A program made the position numbers and the translations under genes. 64,000 bases of DNA from an uncultured Chloroflexia bacterium (GTDB taxonomy: Bacteria > Chloroflexota > Limnocylindria > Limnocylindrales > CSP1-4). This document shows, piece by piece, positions 1 through 8,291 of the stretch (position 1 is the stretch's first letter; each line of letters begins with the position of its first letter). The stretch is taken from the NCBI GenBank assembly GCA_963712585.1, contig CAVQIH010000015.1, positions 6,886 through 70,885 of the forward strand, given 5' to 3'. The notes below the pieces were generated by a model. That model ran no database searches. It was not told where the DNA came from and worked only from the letters and a program-made list of their open reading frames with translations.

Positions 1-1536
1 CGTAGCCCTGCATCCCGCGCGGGTTCGCGCCCGCGCGGAGGAGGCCGTCCGGCTCCCGCGCCACGGCGGTCACGCGCCCCGCCGACCACGCGGGCCACAG
101 CGACACGTCGTGCCCGCGCCGCTGGAGGTCCTTGATCGTCCGCGAATCGAATCGCGACTCGAGCGCCAGCGACTTCCGTACGAACCCGCGCGGGAAGAAC
201 GACGAGATGAGATGGTCGGTGTGGAACTCCGGCGCGTCGATCGCCTCCTGCAGGTTCATCCCGAGATCGACGTGGCGGACGAACGCGTGCAGCGCCCATT
301 GCTCCTGCTGGTCCCCGCCTGGCGTTCCCCACGCGAGGTACGGCTTGCCGTCGCGTAGCGCAAGGCCCGGGGAGAGCGTCGTGCGAGGGCGCGTCCCGGG
401 CCGCAGTGACGATGCCAGCCCCTCCTCGAGCCAGAACATCTGCGCACGCGTTCCGAGCGGCCAGCCGAGCGTGGCGATCACCGGCGAGCTTTGGAGCCAG
501 CCGCCACTCGGCGTCGCCGAGATCAGGTTCCCGAAGCGATCGGCGATGTCGAGATGGACGGTTCCACGTCCGGGTTCGCCCGAGCCGACCGTCGCTTCGG
601 CTGCGTGCAGCGACGGGAGCCGGCCGCTGCCGGGGCGGTAGTCGCCAGACGCGTCGTCGCCGACGAGCGCGCGTCGCTCGTCGTTGTAGCCGGCCGAGAG
701 CAGCATCTCGAGCGGGACGTCGTCGGAGTCGCCGTATAGAGCGTCGCGATCGGCGAACGCGAGCTTCCCGCACTCGACGACGACGTGGACGAACTCGGCG
801 CTCGTCAGCTCCGCGAGGTCGAAGCCGCGCAGGAGCGCGAGTTGCTGCAGACCGACCGGGCCGGCCGCCCAGGGCCGTGTCTTGCAGACGGTCAGCCCGC
901 GGTAGTCGAGCATCACGACCGGCTCGACCGTCGCGCGCCACGCCGCCATGTCCGTGCCGGTGAGCAGGCCGCCTTCGCTCGCGCTGAAGCGATCGATCTC
1001 GTCGGCGACGAAGCCCTCGTAGAACGCGAGTCGCGCCTTCTCGATCTCGTCCGCGCGCGACCCACCGCGGCTCTCGTCGACGATTCGCCGATAGGTGGCG
1101 GCGAGCGCGGGGTTGCGGAAGAGCGCACCGGGCTCGGGAGGCGGGAGGTAGAGATCGCGCGATCCGGGCCAGGTCGCGAGGAGCTCCGCGTTCAGCTCGA
1201 TCGTCGCACGGATGCGCTCGTGGAGCGGATAGCCGTGGTCGGCATAGCCGATCGCGAACTCGAGGACGTCCTCGAGGCGCCATGTCCCGAACTCGCGGAG
1301 GAGGAGCAGCCAGCCGCCGAACGCTCCCGGGACGCACGCGGCGAGGACGCCCGTACCCGGGACGAGCTCTCCGGGGCGTGGTCAGGCGTCATGCCCTGCT
1401 GCTCGTCGAAGGCTACCTGCAGCGGGATGGGGCCCTCGTCAACCTCGTCGCCGAGCAAATCGAGGCGCTCCCCCAGGCCGCCCGCGAACGAACCGCCCGA
1501 TCCGCAGCCCCCGAGTCGCTGGCCGGAATCCGCCAT
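1..1536 (-). pseudogene. ggt: gamma-glutamyltransferase (GGT) family gene; 3' end runs off the left window edge and the reading frame is broken
   Basis: Minus-strand translation gives GRGTVHLDIADRFGNLISATPSGGWLQSSP (Thr-nucleophile region) and LVPGTGVLAACVPGAFGGWLLLLREFGT. The N-terminal piece MADSGQ...FDEQQGMTPDHAPE (frame of track ORF 1192..1980) joins the body only after a shift near 1366-1372, where GAGAGCTC is seen and GAGCTC is expected. A GGNAVDAA-like remnant (RRGAAVDGG) lies further upstream in a third frame. Confidence 0.75.
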
Positions 1537-1753
1537 CTCGGCTACTCCGGGCTGCGCAGGCTTACCTGAGGTGGCTACCCTCCGTCCACGGCGGCGCCGC
1601 GTCTGGCCGGCCCGGACACAACAAAGCGCCCGGAGGAACCACCGGTCCGTGCATCGTCCCCGCCGATCAAAGACCAGCGAGTCCGGTATCGGTCCTTTGG
1701 CCCCTCCGGGCAAGACGAACAGTACGGGTCGGGCCCCCGGGCCCGCAAGGAGC

Positions 1754-1803
1754 TTATCCACGAGTTTCCGAGCCGGCCTAAGCGCGGTTTGGCGGTTATC
1801 CAC
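1754..1803 (+). promoter_or_regulatory. two direct TTATCCAC (DnaA-box-like) 8-mers spaced 42 nt apart in the spacer upstream of ggt
   Basis: gcTTATCCACgag lies at 1754-1761 and ggTTATCCACcgg at 1796-1803, in the same orientation. Both match 8 of 9 positions of the TTATCCACA consensus and sit in a locally lower-GC non-coding stretch. Confidence 0.35.
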
Positions 1804-1834
1804 CGGCTGCCAACATTCTGCGTTCTTCCCTGCT

Positions 1835-2515
1835 TTACGCCGGGCGTGCCGGGAGTGGCCCGGGCCGAGTCCGCGCCTCGGGCTCCAGCGGCCAATCGGC
1901 ATCGCCCTCGGCGGCAATCGCCGCAGGCGGCTGCCCCGCTCGGCGAACGTCACCAGCTTCGACCAGGGCGGCGGGCACACCGTCGGAATCCAGGGTGAAC
2001 ACGCTGGCCGGCCGCTCGTCGCCGGAGCCTTCGAGCCGCCAGCCCGAGGCGCTCAGGCGACGCAGGACCCGGCGCCCCTCGCTGACCCCGAGGTCCGCGT
2101 CGATGGCCAGGACGGGGATCTCGACCGCTCCCCCGATGGGGACGCGGCCGGCGAGACGGCGAGCGGCGACCGCGGCCCCAAGCGGCGCCCTCGCGATCTC
2201 CAGCTCGGTCGCGGGGCTCCAGGCGAACGCGAGTGGGCTCACCCCGGCCTGGCCGACGACGTTGCCGTGGATCGCCGAGCCGTCCGCCTCGGGGTGGAGG
2301 GTCAGCATCCCGGCCGCCGTGGCGAGCTCCAGGCGCGTCGGCCGCCCGTCCCGGTCCAGCTCGAGCAACAACGCCTGGAGGATCGTGTCCCCTGCCGCGA
2401 CGACGGTCCGCCAGCGGCGTCCCCGGCGCCCTTCCGCGAGCGACCAGATCAGGGTCGCGTCGGCTGCCAGCCGCCGACGGCCGGCTCGCCGCACAACGCC
2501 GGCCTCGCCACTCAC
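1835..2515 (-). CDS. hypothetical protein (226 aa), last gene of the miaB-miaA-hflX run
   Basis: Track ORF 1835..2515. Its GTG start overlaps the hflX stop (GTGA). The sequence is non-repetitive and protein-like (WRTVVAAGDTILQALLLELDRDGRPTRLELATAAGMLTLHPEADGS). I recognise no family. Confidence 0.55.
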   Translation of the reverse strand: MSGEAGVVRRAGRRRLAADATLIWSLAEGRRGRRWRTVVAAGDTILQALLLELDRDGRPTRLELATAAGMLTLHPEADGSAIHGNVVGQAGVSPLAFAWSPATELEIARAPLGAAVAARRLAGRVPIGGAVEIPVLAIDADLGVSEGRRVLRRLSASGWRLEGSGDERPASVFTLDSDGVPAALVEAGDVRRAGQPPAAIAAEGDADWPLEPEARTRPGPLPARPA

Positions 2516-3822
2516 GACCGGCCCGACAACGCCTCGCGCCAGCCGCCCGCGGCCGCCTCGAGCTCGCCGGCCAGCGAGGGCGCCACCCGACCGCGCACCC
2601 GGACGTCCCGTTCCCCGTACTCGAGCTCGACCGTGCCCCGTTCGCGGATTCGGGCGAGCAGGCTGCCGGCCGCGTAGGGAACGGCGACGTCGACCTCGAC
2701 CCAGAGCGAAGCCAGGAGCGCTGCAAGCTCGGTCCGCAGCTCGTCGAGACCGTAACCGGTCAGCGCGCTGACGAATACCGAGCCGGCCACGATCGGCGCC
2801 GGAACCGGTCCGTTGCCCGCCGCGCGGTCGACGAGGTCGGCCTTGTTGTAGGCCACCAGCCGCGGCTTGTCGCCGGCGCCGAGTTCCTCGAGAACGGCCT
2901 GGACCGTGGTGCGGTGCTCGCGGAAGTGCGGATCGGCGGCATCGACCACCTCGATGAGCACGTCGGCGCGATTGACCTCCTCGAGGGTCGCCCGGAAGGC
3001 GTCGATCAGCTGGTGCGGGAGCTTGTGGATGAAGCCGACGGTGTCGGTCACGATGGCCGCCTGGCCGTCGCCGAGGCGAACCTGGCGGCTCGTCGGGTCC
3101 AGCGTGGCGAAGAGCCGGTCCTCCGCCCGGGCGACCTCCTCACCGACCAGCGCGTTGAGGAGCGTGGACTTGCCGGCGTTGGTGTAGCCCACGATGCCCA
3201 CGGTGGTCATCAGGCGTCGATCGCGCCCGCGGGCCGCGATGGCGCGCTGCTGGCGAACCTGATCGACGCGTTCCTTCATCTTCTTGATCCGCTCCCGGAT
3301 GATGCGCCGGTCGGTCTCGAGCTGGGACTCACCCGGGCCTCGGGTGCCGATCCCGCCGCCCGTCCGCGAGAGGTGGGTCCACAGCCGCGTCAGGCGGGGC
3401 AGCTGGTACTCGAGCTGGGCGAGCTCGACCTGGAGGCGGCCCTCGTGGGTGCGGGCATGCTGGGCGAAGATGTCGAGGATCAGTCGCGAACGATCGATGA
3501 CCTTGACTTTGAGGAGGTTCTCGAGGGCCCGCTGCTGGCCCGGCGAGAGCTCGTCGTCGGCGACGAGGAGGTCGAAGCCGGTCTCGCTCTTGGCGGCCAG
3601 GAGCTCCTCCGCCTTGCCCTTGCCGACGTACCAGTTGGGGTCGACGTGGCGGCGGTTCTGCCATTCGGCCCCGACGACCTCGGCCCCCGCCGTGTCGGCG
3701 AGGCTGGCAAGCTCACCGATCGAGTCCTCGGCGGTCCAGCCGGGGTCGTCCCCGGTGTCGACGGCAACGAGGAAGGCCCGCTCGACTGGCGGTGCGAGAT
3801 CGATCGTCCGCGTGGCAGCCAT
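2512..3822 (-). CDS. hflX: GTPase HflX
   Basis: C-terminal 437 aa of track ORF 2512..4524, starting at MAATRTIDLAPPVERAFLVAVD. HflX N-domain motif YVGKGKAEEL is present. G motifs are GYTNAGKSTLLN, DTVGF and NKADL. Confidence 0.9.
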   Translation of the reverse strand: MAATRTIDLAPPVERAFLVAVDTGDDPGWTAEDSIGELASLADTAGAEVVGAEWQNRRHVDPNWYVGKGKAEELLAAKSETGFDLLVADDELSPGQQRALENLLKVKVIDRSRLILDIFAQHARTHEGRLQVELAQLEYQLPRLTRLWTHLSRTGGGIGTRGPGESQLETDRRIIRERIKKMKERVDQVRQQRAIAARGRDRRLMTTVGIVGYTNAGKSTLLNALVGEEVARAEDRLFATLDPTSRQVRLGDGQAAIVTDTVGFIHKLPHQLIDAFRATLEEVNRADVLIEVVDAADPHFREHRTTVQAVLEELGAGDKPRLVAYNKADLVDRAAGNGPVPAPIVAGSVFVSALTGYGLDELRTELAALLASLWVEVDVAVPYAAGSLLARIRERGTVELEYGERDVRVRGRVAPSLAGELEAAAGGWREALSGRS

Positions 3823-4821
3823 GCCGGCAGGATATCGGCGGGCTCGCGAGAGGAACCGGGCGACCGTCGCCGCGTGGGCCGCTGGCAAGGGGTCGGATTC
3901 GGTCGCTTCGAGCCACGCGATGTCGGGTTCCGAGCGAAACCAGGTCCGCTGGCGCCGGGCGAAGGCGGCGTTGCGCTGCGCGTCCAGCTCGATCGCGGCC
4001 TCGAGGGTCAGCTCGCCCCGCAGGACGGCAAACGCCTCGCGGTAGCCGATCGCGGAGAAGCAGGGCAGATCGGCGAGAAAGCGCCGCAGGAGCGATGCCG
4101 CCTCGTCTACGAGGCCGGCCGCGAACTGCGCCCGGGCCCGATCGATGATCCGGAGGCGCAGCTCGGCCGGCTCCACGTGCAGGCCCAGCCACAGGCTGGG
4201 GCCCGGGTAGCCGCGGAACGCCGGCCGAGGCCGGTCGCCGCCCAGCAAGGCGATCTCCAGTGCGCGCACGACCCGTCGGGGGTTGTGGAGATCGACGCTG
4301 CCGGCCAGGGTCGGCGCGATCGCCGCCAGTCGCTCGACGAGTGACTCCAGGCCCTGGCGCACCAGATCAAGCTCGAGCGACGCCCGGAGGGTGGACTCGC
4401 TGGGCAGGCCGTCGAGGTCGAGCCCGCGTCCGACCGCGCGCAAGTACAGGCCGGTCCCGCCGACCAGGAGGGCGACCCGGCCTCGATCGGCGATCGCGGC
4501 AAGAGCCGCCCGCGCGTGGATCACGAAATCGCCGACGGTGAAGGCGGAGTCGGGCTCGACGAGATCGAGCCCGTGGTGGGGTACTCGGGCCCGTTCGGCC
4601 GGCGTCGCCTTGGCCGTGCCGATGTCGAGACCGCGGTAGACCTGGCGCGAGTCGCCAGAGATGATCTCGGCGCCGATCCCGTCGCGAGCCAGCGCCTCTG
4701 CCAGGCGCAGCGAGAGGCCCGTCTTGCCGGTGGCGGTCGGCCCGCCCAGGACGATGAGGGGTGGGTGCCCCTCGGGCTCGGCCCGCGACGACGCCGGAGC
4801 GGCCCGCAGCAGGCTGCTCAG
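3823..4821 (-). CDS. miaA: tRNA dimethylallyltransferase MiaA; no stop codon before hflX and no canonical start
   Basis: Frame of track ORF 2512..4524 extended upstream. It contains the P-loop PLIVLGGPTATGKTGLS, then DSRQVYRGLDIGTAK and GGTGLYLRAV. The first ATG/GTG/TTG in this frame is GTG at 4524, which lies downstream of the P-loop. A CTG at 4821-4819 overlaps the miaB TGA. Confidence 0.8.
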
Positions 4822-6530
4822 GCGAGGCGCCCGCGGAGTGAGAACGGTCCGGCATGCTCGATGGTGACCGCGACCAGGCGCCCGAGCAGCTCGGCCGGTC
4901 CATCGAGATGCACGAGCTTGCTCTCCCGGGTCCGGCCGGCCAGTCGGAGGTCTGCCCCGCGATCGGTGTCGGGCGACTCGGCGGTAGGCGGATGGGTCCC
5001 GCGTCCGGGGGCCTCGTCGAGGTCATGATCGTGGGCTCGTGGCGGGTCGATGCCGTCCACGAGGACCTGGACCGTCCGCCCGATCCAGGCCCGATTCCGC
5101 TCGTGCCCGATGCCTTCCTGGAGCTGCAGGAGGGCGTTGAGGCGACGACGCTTCTCGCCCGGGGGGACGTCGTCGGCGAGTCGGGTGGCCGGCGTCCCCG
5201 GCCGCTCGCTGTAGGCGGCAGCGAAGACCTGGTCGTAGCGGACGGTCTCGAGGAGCCTCAGCGTCTGCTGATACTCGGCCTCGGTCTCGCCACTGAAGCC
5301 CACGATGACATCGGTCGAGATCGCGACCCCGGGCACGGCCGCCCGAATGCGCTCCAGGCGCTCGAGGTAGTGGGCGATCGAGTACTGGCGCCCCATGCGA
5401 CGGAGCATCCCGTCGTCGCCGGACTGGACGGGCAGGTGGAGGTGCTCGCAAACCGACGGACAGGCGGCCAGCACCTCGATCAGGCGATCCGAGAGATCCC
5501 AGGGGTGAGAGGTGACGAACCGCAGCCGCGGCAGGGCCGGAGTCCCATCGGGCCCGCGGATTCCGTCGATCGCCCGAATGAGCTCGGCCAGGTCCGGTCG
5601 ACCCACGAGGTCGAGACGGCGGCCGACCGATCGCTCCGTGTCGACGTGGGCGAACCGCGGCTCGCGCGGCAGATCGTGGCCGTAGCTGTTGACGTTCTGA
5701 CCGAGCAGTGTGACTTCCCGGTATCCGGCGGCCCCCAGGCCTCGGGCCTCGTCGACGACTTCGTCGAAGGGACGGCTCCTCTCGGGCCCCCTGGTGAACG
5801 GGACGATGCAGTACGTGCAGGTCTTGTCGCAGCCGTAGACGATCGGCAGCCAGGCGCCGATCCGCGACCCGCGCCGGATGGCGCCCGCGGTCACCGCCTC
5901 CGCCCTCACCGCCGGCAGGTTGTCGGCAACGCCCACCGTCGCGCGTCCGACGAGGGTCGTGCGCCCGACCGTCCCCAGAGGGAGGCTCGGGCTCGCGGGC
6001 GATCCGGTGGTGAGTCGTCCGAGTGCCCCGATTGCGCCCTGCGCCGAGGCGAGGCCGAGGCGGTCGACGAGCTCAGGCTCCTCGTCCGGCCGCAGGAACA
6101 GGTCGACGGCCGGGTAGCGCCGGCCGAGACCTTCCCGGTCCAGCTCGCGGACGGCGCAGCCGGTCAAGACGACGCGGAGCGAGGGGTTCTTCACCTTGAG
6201 CCCGGCGAGGTAGCCCTGGCGACCGACCACCTTCTGCTCGGCGGTCTCGCGGATGGCGCAGGAGTTGATGACGATGAGGTCGGCGGTCTCGATGGTCGTG
6301 GCCTCGGGGCAGCCGACACTCAGCAGGCGCCCGGCCATCTCCTCGGAGTCGCTGCGGTTCATCTGGCAGCCCAGGGTCCACACGAAGAACCGCGGCAGTT
6401 CGGGGCCTTCCGGGCGGAACTCGACCAGGCGCCGGTCGGCCGGCATGAACGGGGTCGCCGGGCCTGGGGTCGAGGGCGGCGGAGCGACGTCGAGGACGGG
6501 CAGCGCCTGGCGGATGGCTCGATCGATCAT
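4818..6530 (-). CDS. miaB: tRNA-i6A37 methylthiotransferase MiaB (radical SAM)
   Basis: Track ORF 4818..6593. Motifs are FFVWTLGCQMNRSDSEEMAG and the radical-SAM CDKTCTYCIVP, with a TRAM-like C-terminus. I placed the start at MIDRAI (6530), which gives an ATGA overlap with the upstream PHP gene. Confidence 0.9.
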   Translation of the reverse strand: MIDRAIRQALPVLDVAPPPSTPGPATPFMPADRRLVEFRPEGPELPRFFVWTLGCQMNRSDSEEMAGRLLSVGCPEATTIETADLIVINSCAIRETAEQKVVGRQGYLAGLKVKNPSLRVVLTGCAVRELDREGLGRRYPAVDLFLRPDEEPELVDRLGLASAQGAIGALGRLTTGSPASPSLPLGTVGRTTLVGRATVGVADNLPAVRAEAVTAGAIRRGSRIGAWLPIVYGCDKTCTYCIVPFTRGPERSRPFDEVVDEARGLGAAGYREVTLLGQNVNSYGHDLPREPRFAHVDTERSVGRRLDLVGRPDLAELIRAIDGIRGPDGTPALPRLRFVTSHPWDLSDRLIEVLAACPSVCEHLHLPVQSGDDGMLRRMGRQYSIAHYLERLERIRAAVPGVAISTDVIVGFSGETEAEYQQTLRLLETVRYDQVFAAAYSERPGTPATRLADDVPPGEKRRRLNALLQLQEGIGHERNRAWIGRTVQVLVDGIDPPRAHDHDLDEAPGRGTHPPTAESPDTDRGADLRLAGRTRESKLVHLDGPAELLGRLVAVTIEHAGPFSLRGRLA

Positions 6531-7435
6531 CTGGAAGGGGACGCCTCGCGGATCTGCTCGAGGAGGTCGGCACCGACGTGGGCGGGGACCCACAGGCCGG
6601 CGTGGATGTCGGCGTACGGGCCGGTGTCGCCATGGTAGTCGCTTCCACCGGTAGCGACGAGCGCCAGCTCTCGGGCGACGGCTGCCATGGCCGCGACTGT
6701 CGACTGGTCGAACGACCGGTAGTGAACCTCCAGCCCGCCGAGGCCGAGTTCGCGCAGCTCGCGCAGGAGGGGGATCCGGCCGGGAGCCTCCGAGAAGTGA
6801 GCGAGCACGGGTAAGCCGCCGGCGGCCCGGATCGCGCGGATGGCGCCCGGCGCAGCGAGCCCGACCCGAGCGACGTAACCCGGTCGCCCTCGGCCGATGA
6901 TCCGTTGAAAGGCGTCCTCGACACTCGTTGCGTGGCCGGCCTCGACCAGACAGCGGGCGACGGTGGGTCGCCCGAGGGCATCCCCGGCGCCCGTGTCGAG
7001 GGCGGCGACTTCGGCGTCGATGGGGAGCCCGAGGTCGCGCAATCGCTCGACCATGGCGACGAAGCGGGTCGCCCGCCCGTTCCGCTGGGTCGCCAGGCTT
7101 GCCTCGAAGGCCTCGTCGTTCGGGTCCATTCCGTAGCCGAGGACGTGGAGCTCCCCTTCCCAGAGGTCGGGCACGGCCTCGGCGATCGCGTTGATCTCGA
7201 CTCCGGCGACGAGCTCGAGCCCGCTCGGCAGGTCAACGCCAGCCCGCAGCTCTCGATAGCCCGCGAGGGTGTCGTGATCGGTGATGGATAACAGGCGGAC
7301 GCCCGCGGCGGCCGCTGCCGCGGCGAGCTGCGCCGGCGCGAGCACGCCGTCCGAGCGGCGGGTGTGGGTATGCAGGTCGACCGGCGAGCGAACCGGGGGA
7401 ACGACAGGGTCCGGCAAGGGCCCGTAGCGCGCCAC
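6527..7435 (-). CDS. PHP-domain metal-dependent phosphoesterase (TrpH/YciV-like)
   Basis: Track ORF 6527..7435. Motifs VDLHTHTRRSDG, ITDHDT and GGSDYHG are typical of PHP domains. Confidence 0.8.
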   Translation of the reverse strand: MARYGPLPDPVVPPVRSPVDLHTHTRRSDGVLAPAQLAAAAAAAGVRLLSITDHDTLAGYRELRAGVDLPSGLELVAGVEINAIAEAVPDLWEGELHVLGYGMDPNDEAFEASLATQRNGRATRFVAMVERLRDLGLPIDAEVAALDTGAGDALGRPTVARCLVEAGHATSVEDAFQRIIGRGRPGYVARVGLAAPGAIRAIRAAGGLPVLAHFSEAPGRIPLLRELRELGLGGLEVHYRSFDQSTVAAMAAVARELALVATGGSDYHGDTGPYADIHAGLWVPAHVGADLLEQIREASPSR

Positions 7436-7446
7436 GCTCAGCCGGG

Positions 7447-8247
7447 TCAGGGGTCGACGAGCCGCTGGACCCGCTCGATTGCCAGGGCCCGACCCGTCGC
7501 CGGATCGACGTCGATGAGACTGGCGTTGAGCACGACCGGGCCGTCGCCCACCTCGAAGCGAGTCGGCAGCGCATTGATGAAGCGTGGCAGGACCGTGCGG
7601 GGCTCGAACCCGATGATGCTGTGGAGCGGCCCGGTCATCCCGACGTCGCTCTGGTAGGCGGTTCCCTTGGGCAGGATCCGTTCGTCTGCGGTCGGCACGT
7701 GGGTATGGGTGCCGATGACGGCGCTGACTCGGCCGTCGAGATGGACGCCCAGGGCGTTCTTCTCACTGGTGATCTCGCAGTGGAAATCGACCAGGCGCAC
7801 CGGCGGCAACGCCTCCGACGACTCATCGAGCAGGCGGTCGGCCTCGGTGAACGGATTCTCGATGGGGGTCATGAACGTCCGGCCCTGCAGGTTGATCACC
7901 GCGAGGTCGGTCCCGTCGAGCGCCTGGTAGATCCCCCATCCCCTGCCGGGGACGTCGTGCGTGCCGTAGTTGAGAGGTCGCAGGACCCGTTCAGTGCGTT
8001 CGAGGTACGCGTAGATCTCGCGCTTGTCCCAGATGTGGTTGCCGGACGTGATCACGTCGACTCCGGCCTGCAGGAGCGCGTCGGCCGTCGATGGCGTCAG
8101 CCCCATGCCGCCCGCGACGTTCTCGCCGTTGACGGTCACGAAATCGGCGCCGAGCTCAGCGCGCAGCTCGTGGAGGCAGCGCTCGATCACCAGGCGGCCC
8201 GGCTTGCCGATGACGTCGCCGATCATGAGGACGCGACAGGGCCGCAC
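7447..8247 (-). CDS. ymdB: YmdB-family metallophosphoesterase (2',3'-cyclic-nucleotide phosphodiesterase)
   Basis: Track ORF 7447..8247. Motifs are MIGDVIGKPGR, NGENVAGGMG, SGNHIWDK and THTHVPTAD. It lies directly downstream of rny, as in Bacillus. Confidence 0.85.
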   Translation of the reverse strand: MRPCRVLMIGDVIGKPGRLVIERCLHELRAELGADFVTVNGENVAGGMGLTPSTADALLQAGVDVITSGNHIWDKREIYAYLERTERVLRPLNYGTHDVPGRGWGIYQALDGTDLAVINLQGRTFMTPIENPFTEADRLLDESSEALPPVRLVDFHCEITSEKNALGVHLDGRVSAVIGTHTHVPTADERILPKGTAYQSDVGMTGPLHSIIGFEPRTVLPRFINALPTRFEVGDGPVVLNASLIDVDPATGRALAIERVQRLVDP

Positions 8248-8291
8248 CGTCTTCGCCTCCCGTTCCCCGTCGATCGGAGCTGTCGGCCGGC

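Noticed and set aside
1754-1803. Calling this the chromosomal replication origin.
   Set aside because: There are only two boxes, no adjacent AT-rich unwinding element, and no dnaA or dnaN nearby. I kept it as a regulatory-site hypothesis instead.
1575-1870. RNase P RNA, tmRNA, SRP RNA, or a cobalamin, glycine, FMN, glmS or ykkC riboswitch.
   Set aside because: None of the diagnostic cores is present on either strand. Specifically, GAGGAAAGUCCGG and ACAGAACCCGGC, the tmRNA 3' tRNA-like end, GGAAGCAGCC, the B12 box and the others are all absent.
785-2677. Very long ORFs on the strand opposite to recognised genes. Examples are 785..2677, 2233..4344, 4854..6638, 8634..9887, 10607..12160, 16673..18229, 28153..31161, 34896..37508, 38149..39945, 43838..45700 and 47426..49114.
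   Set aside because: They mirror confidently identified genes. They are Arg/Gly/Pro/Ala-rich low-complexity text with no family motifs. This is the usual stop-codon-poor antisense shadow of very GC-rich DNA.
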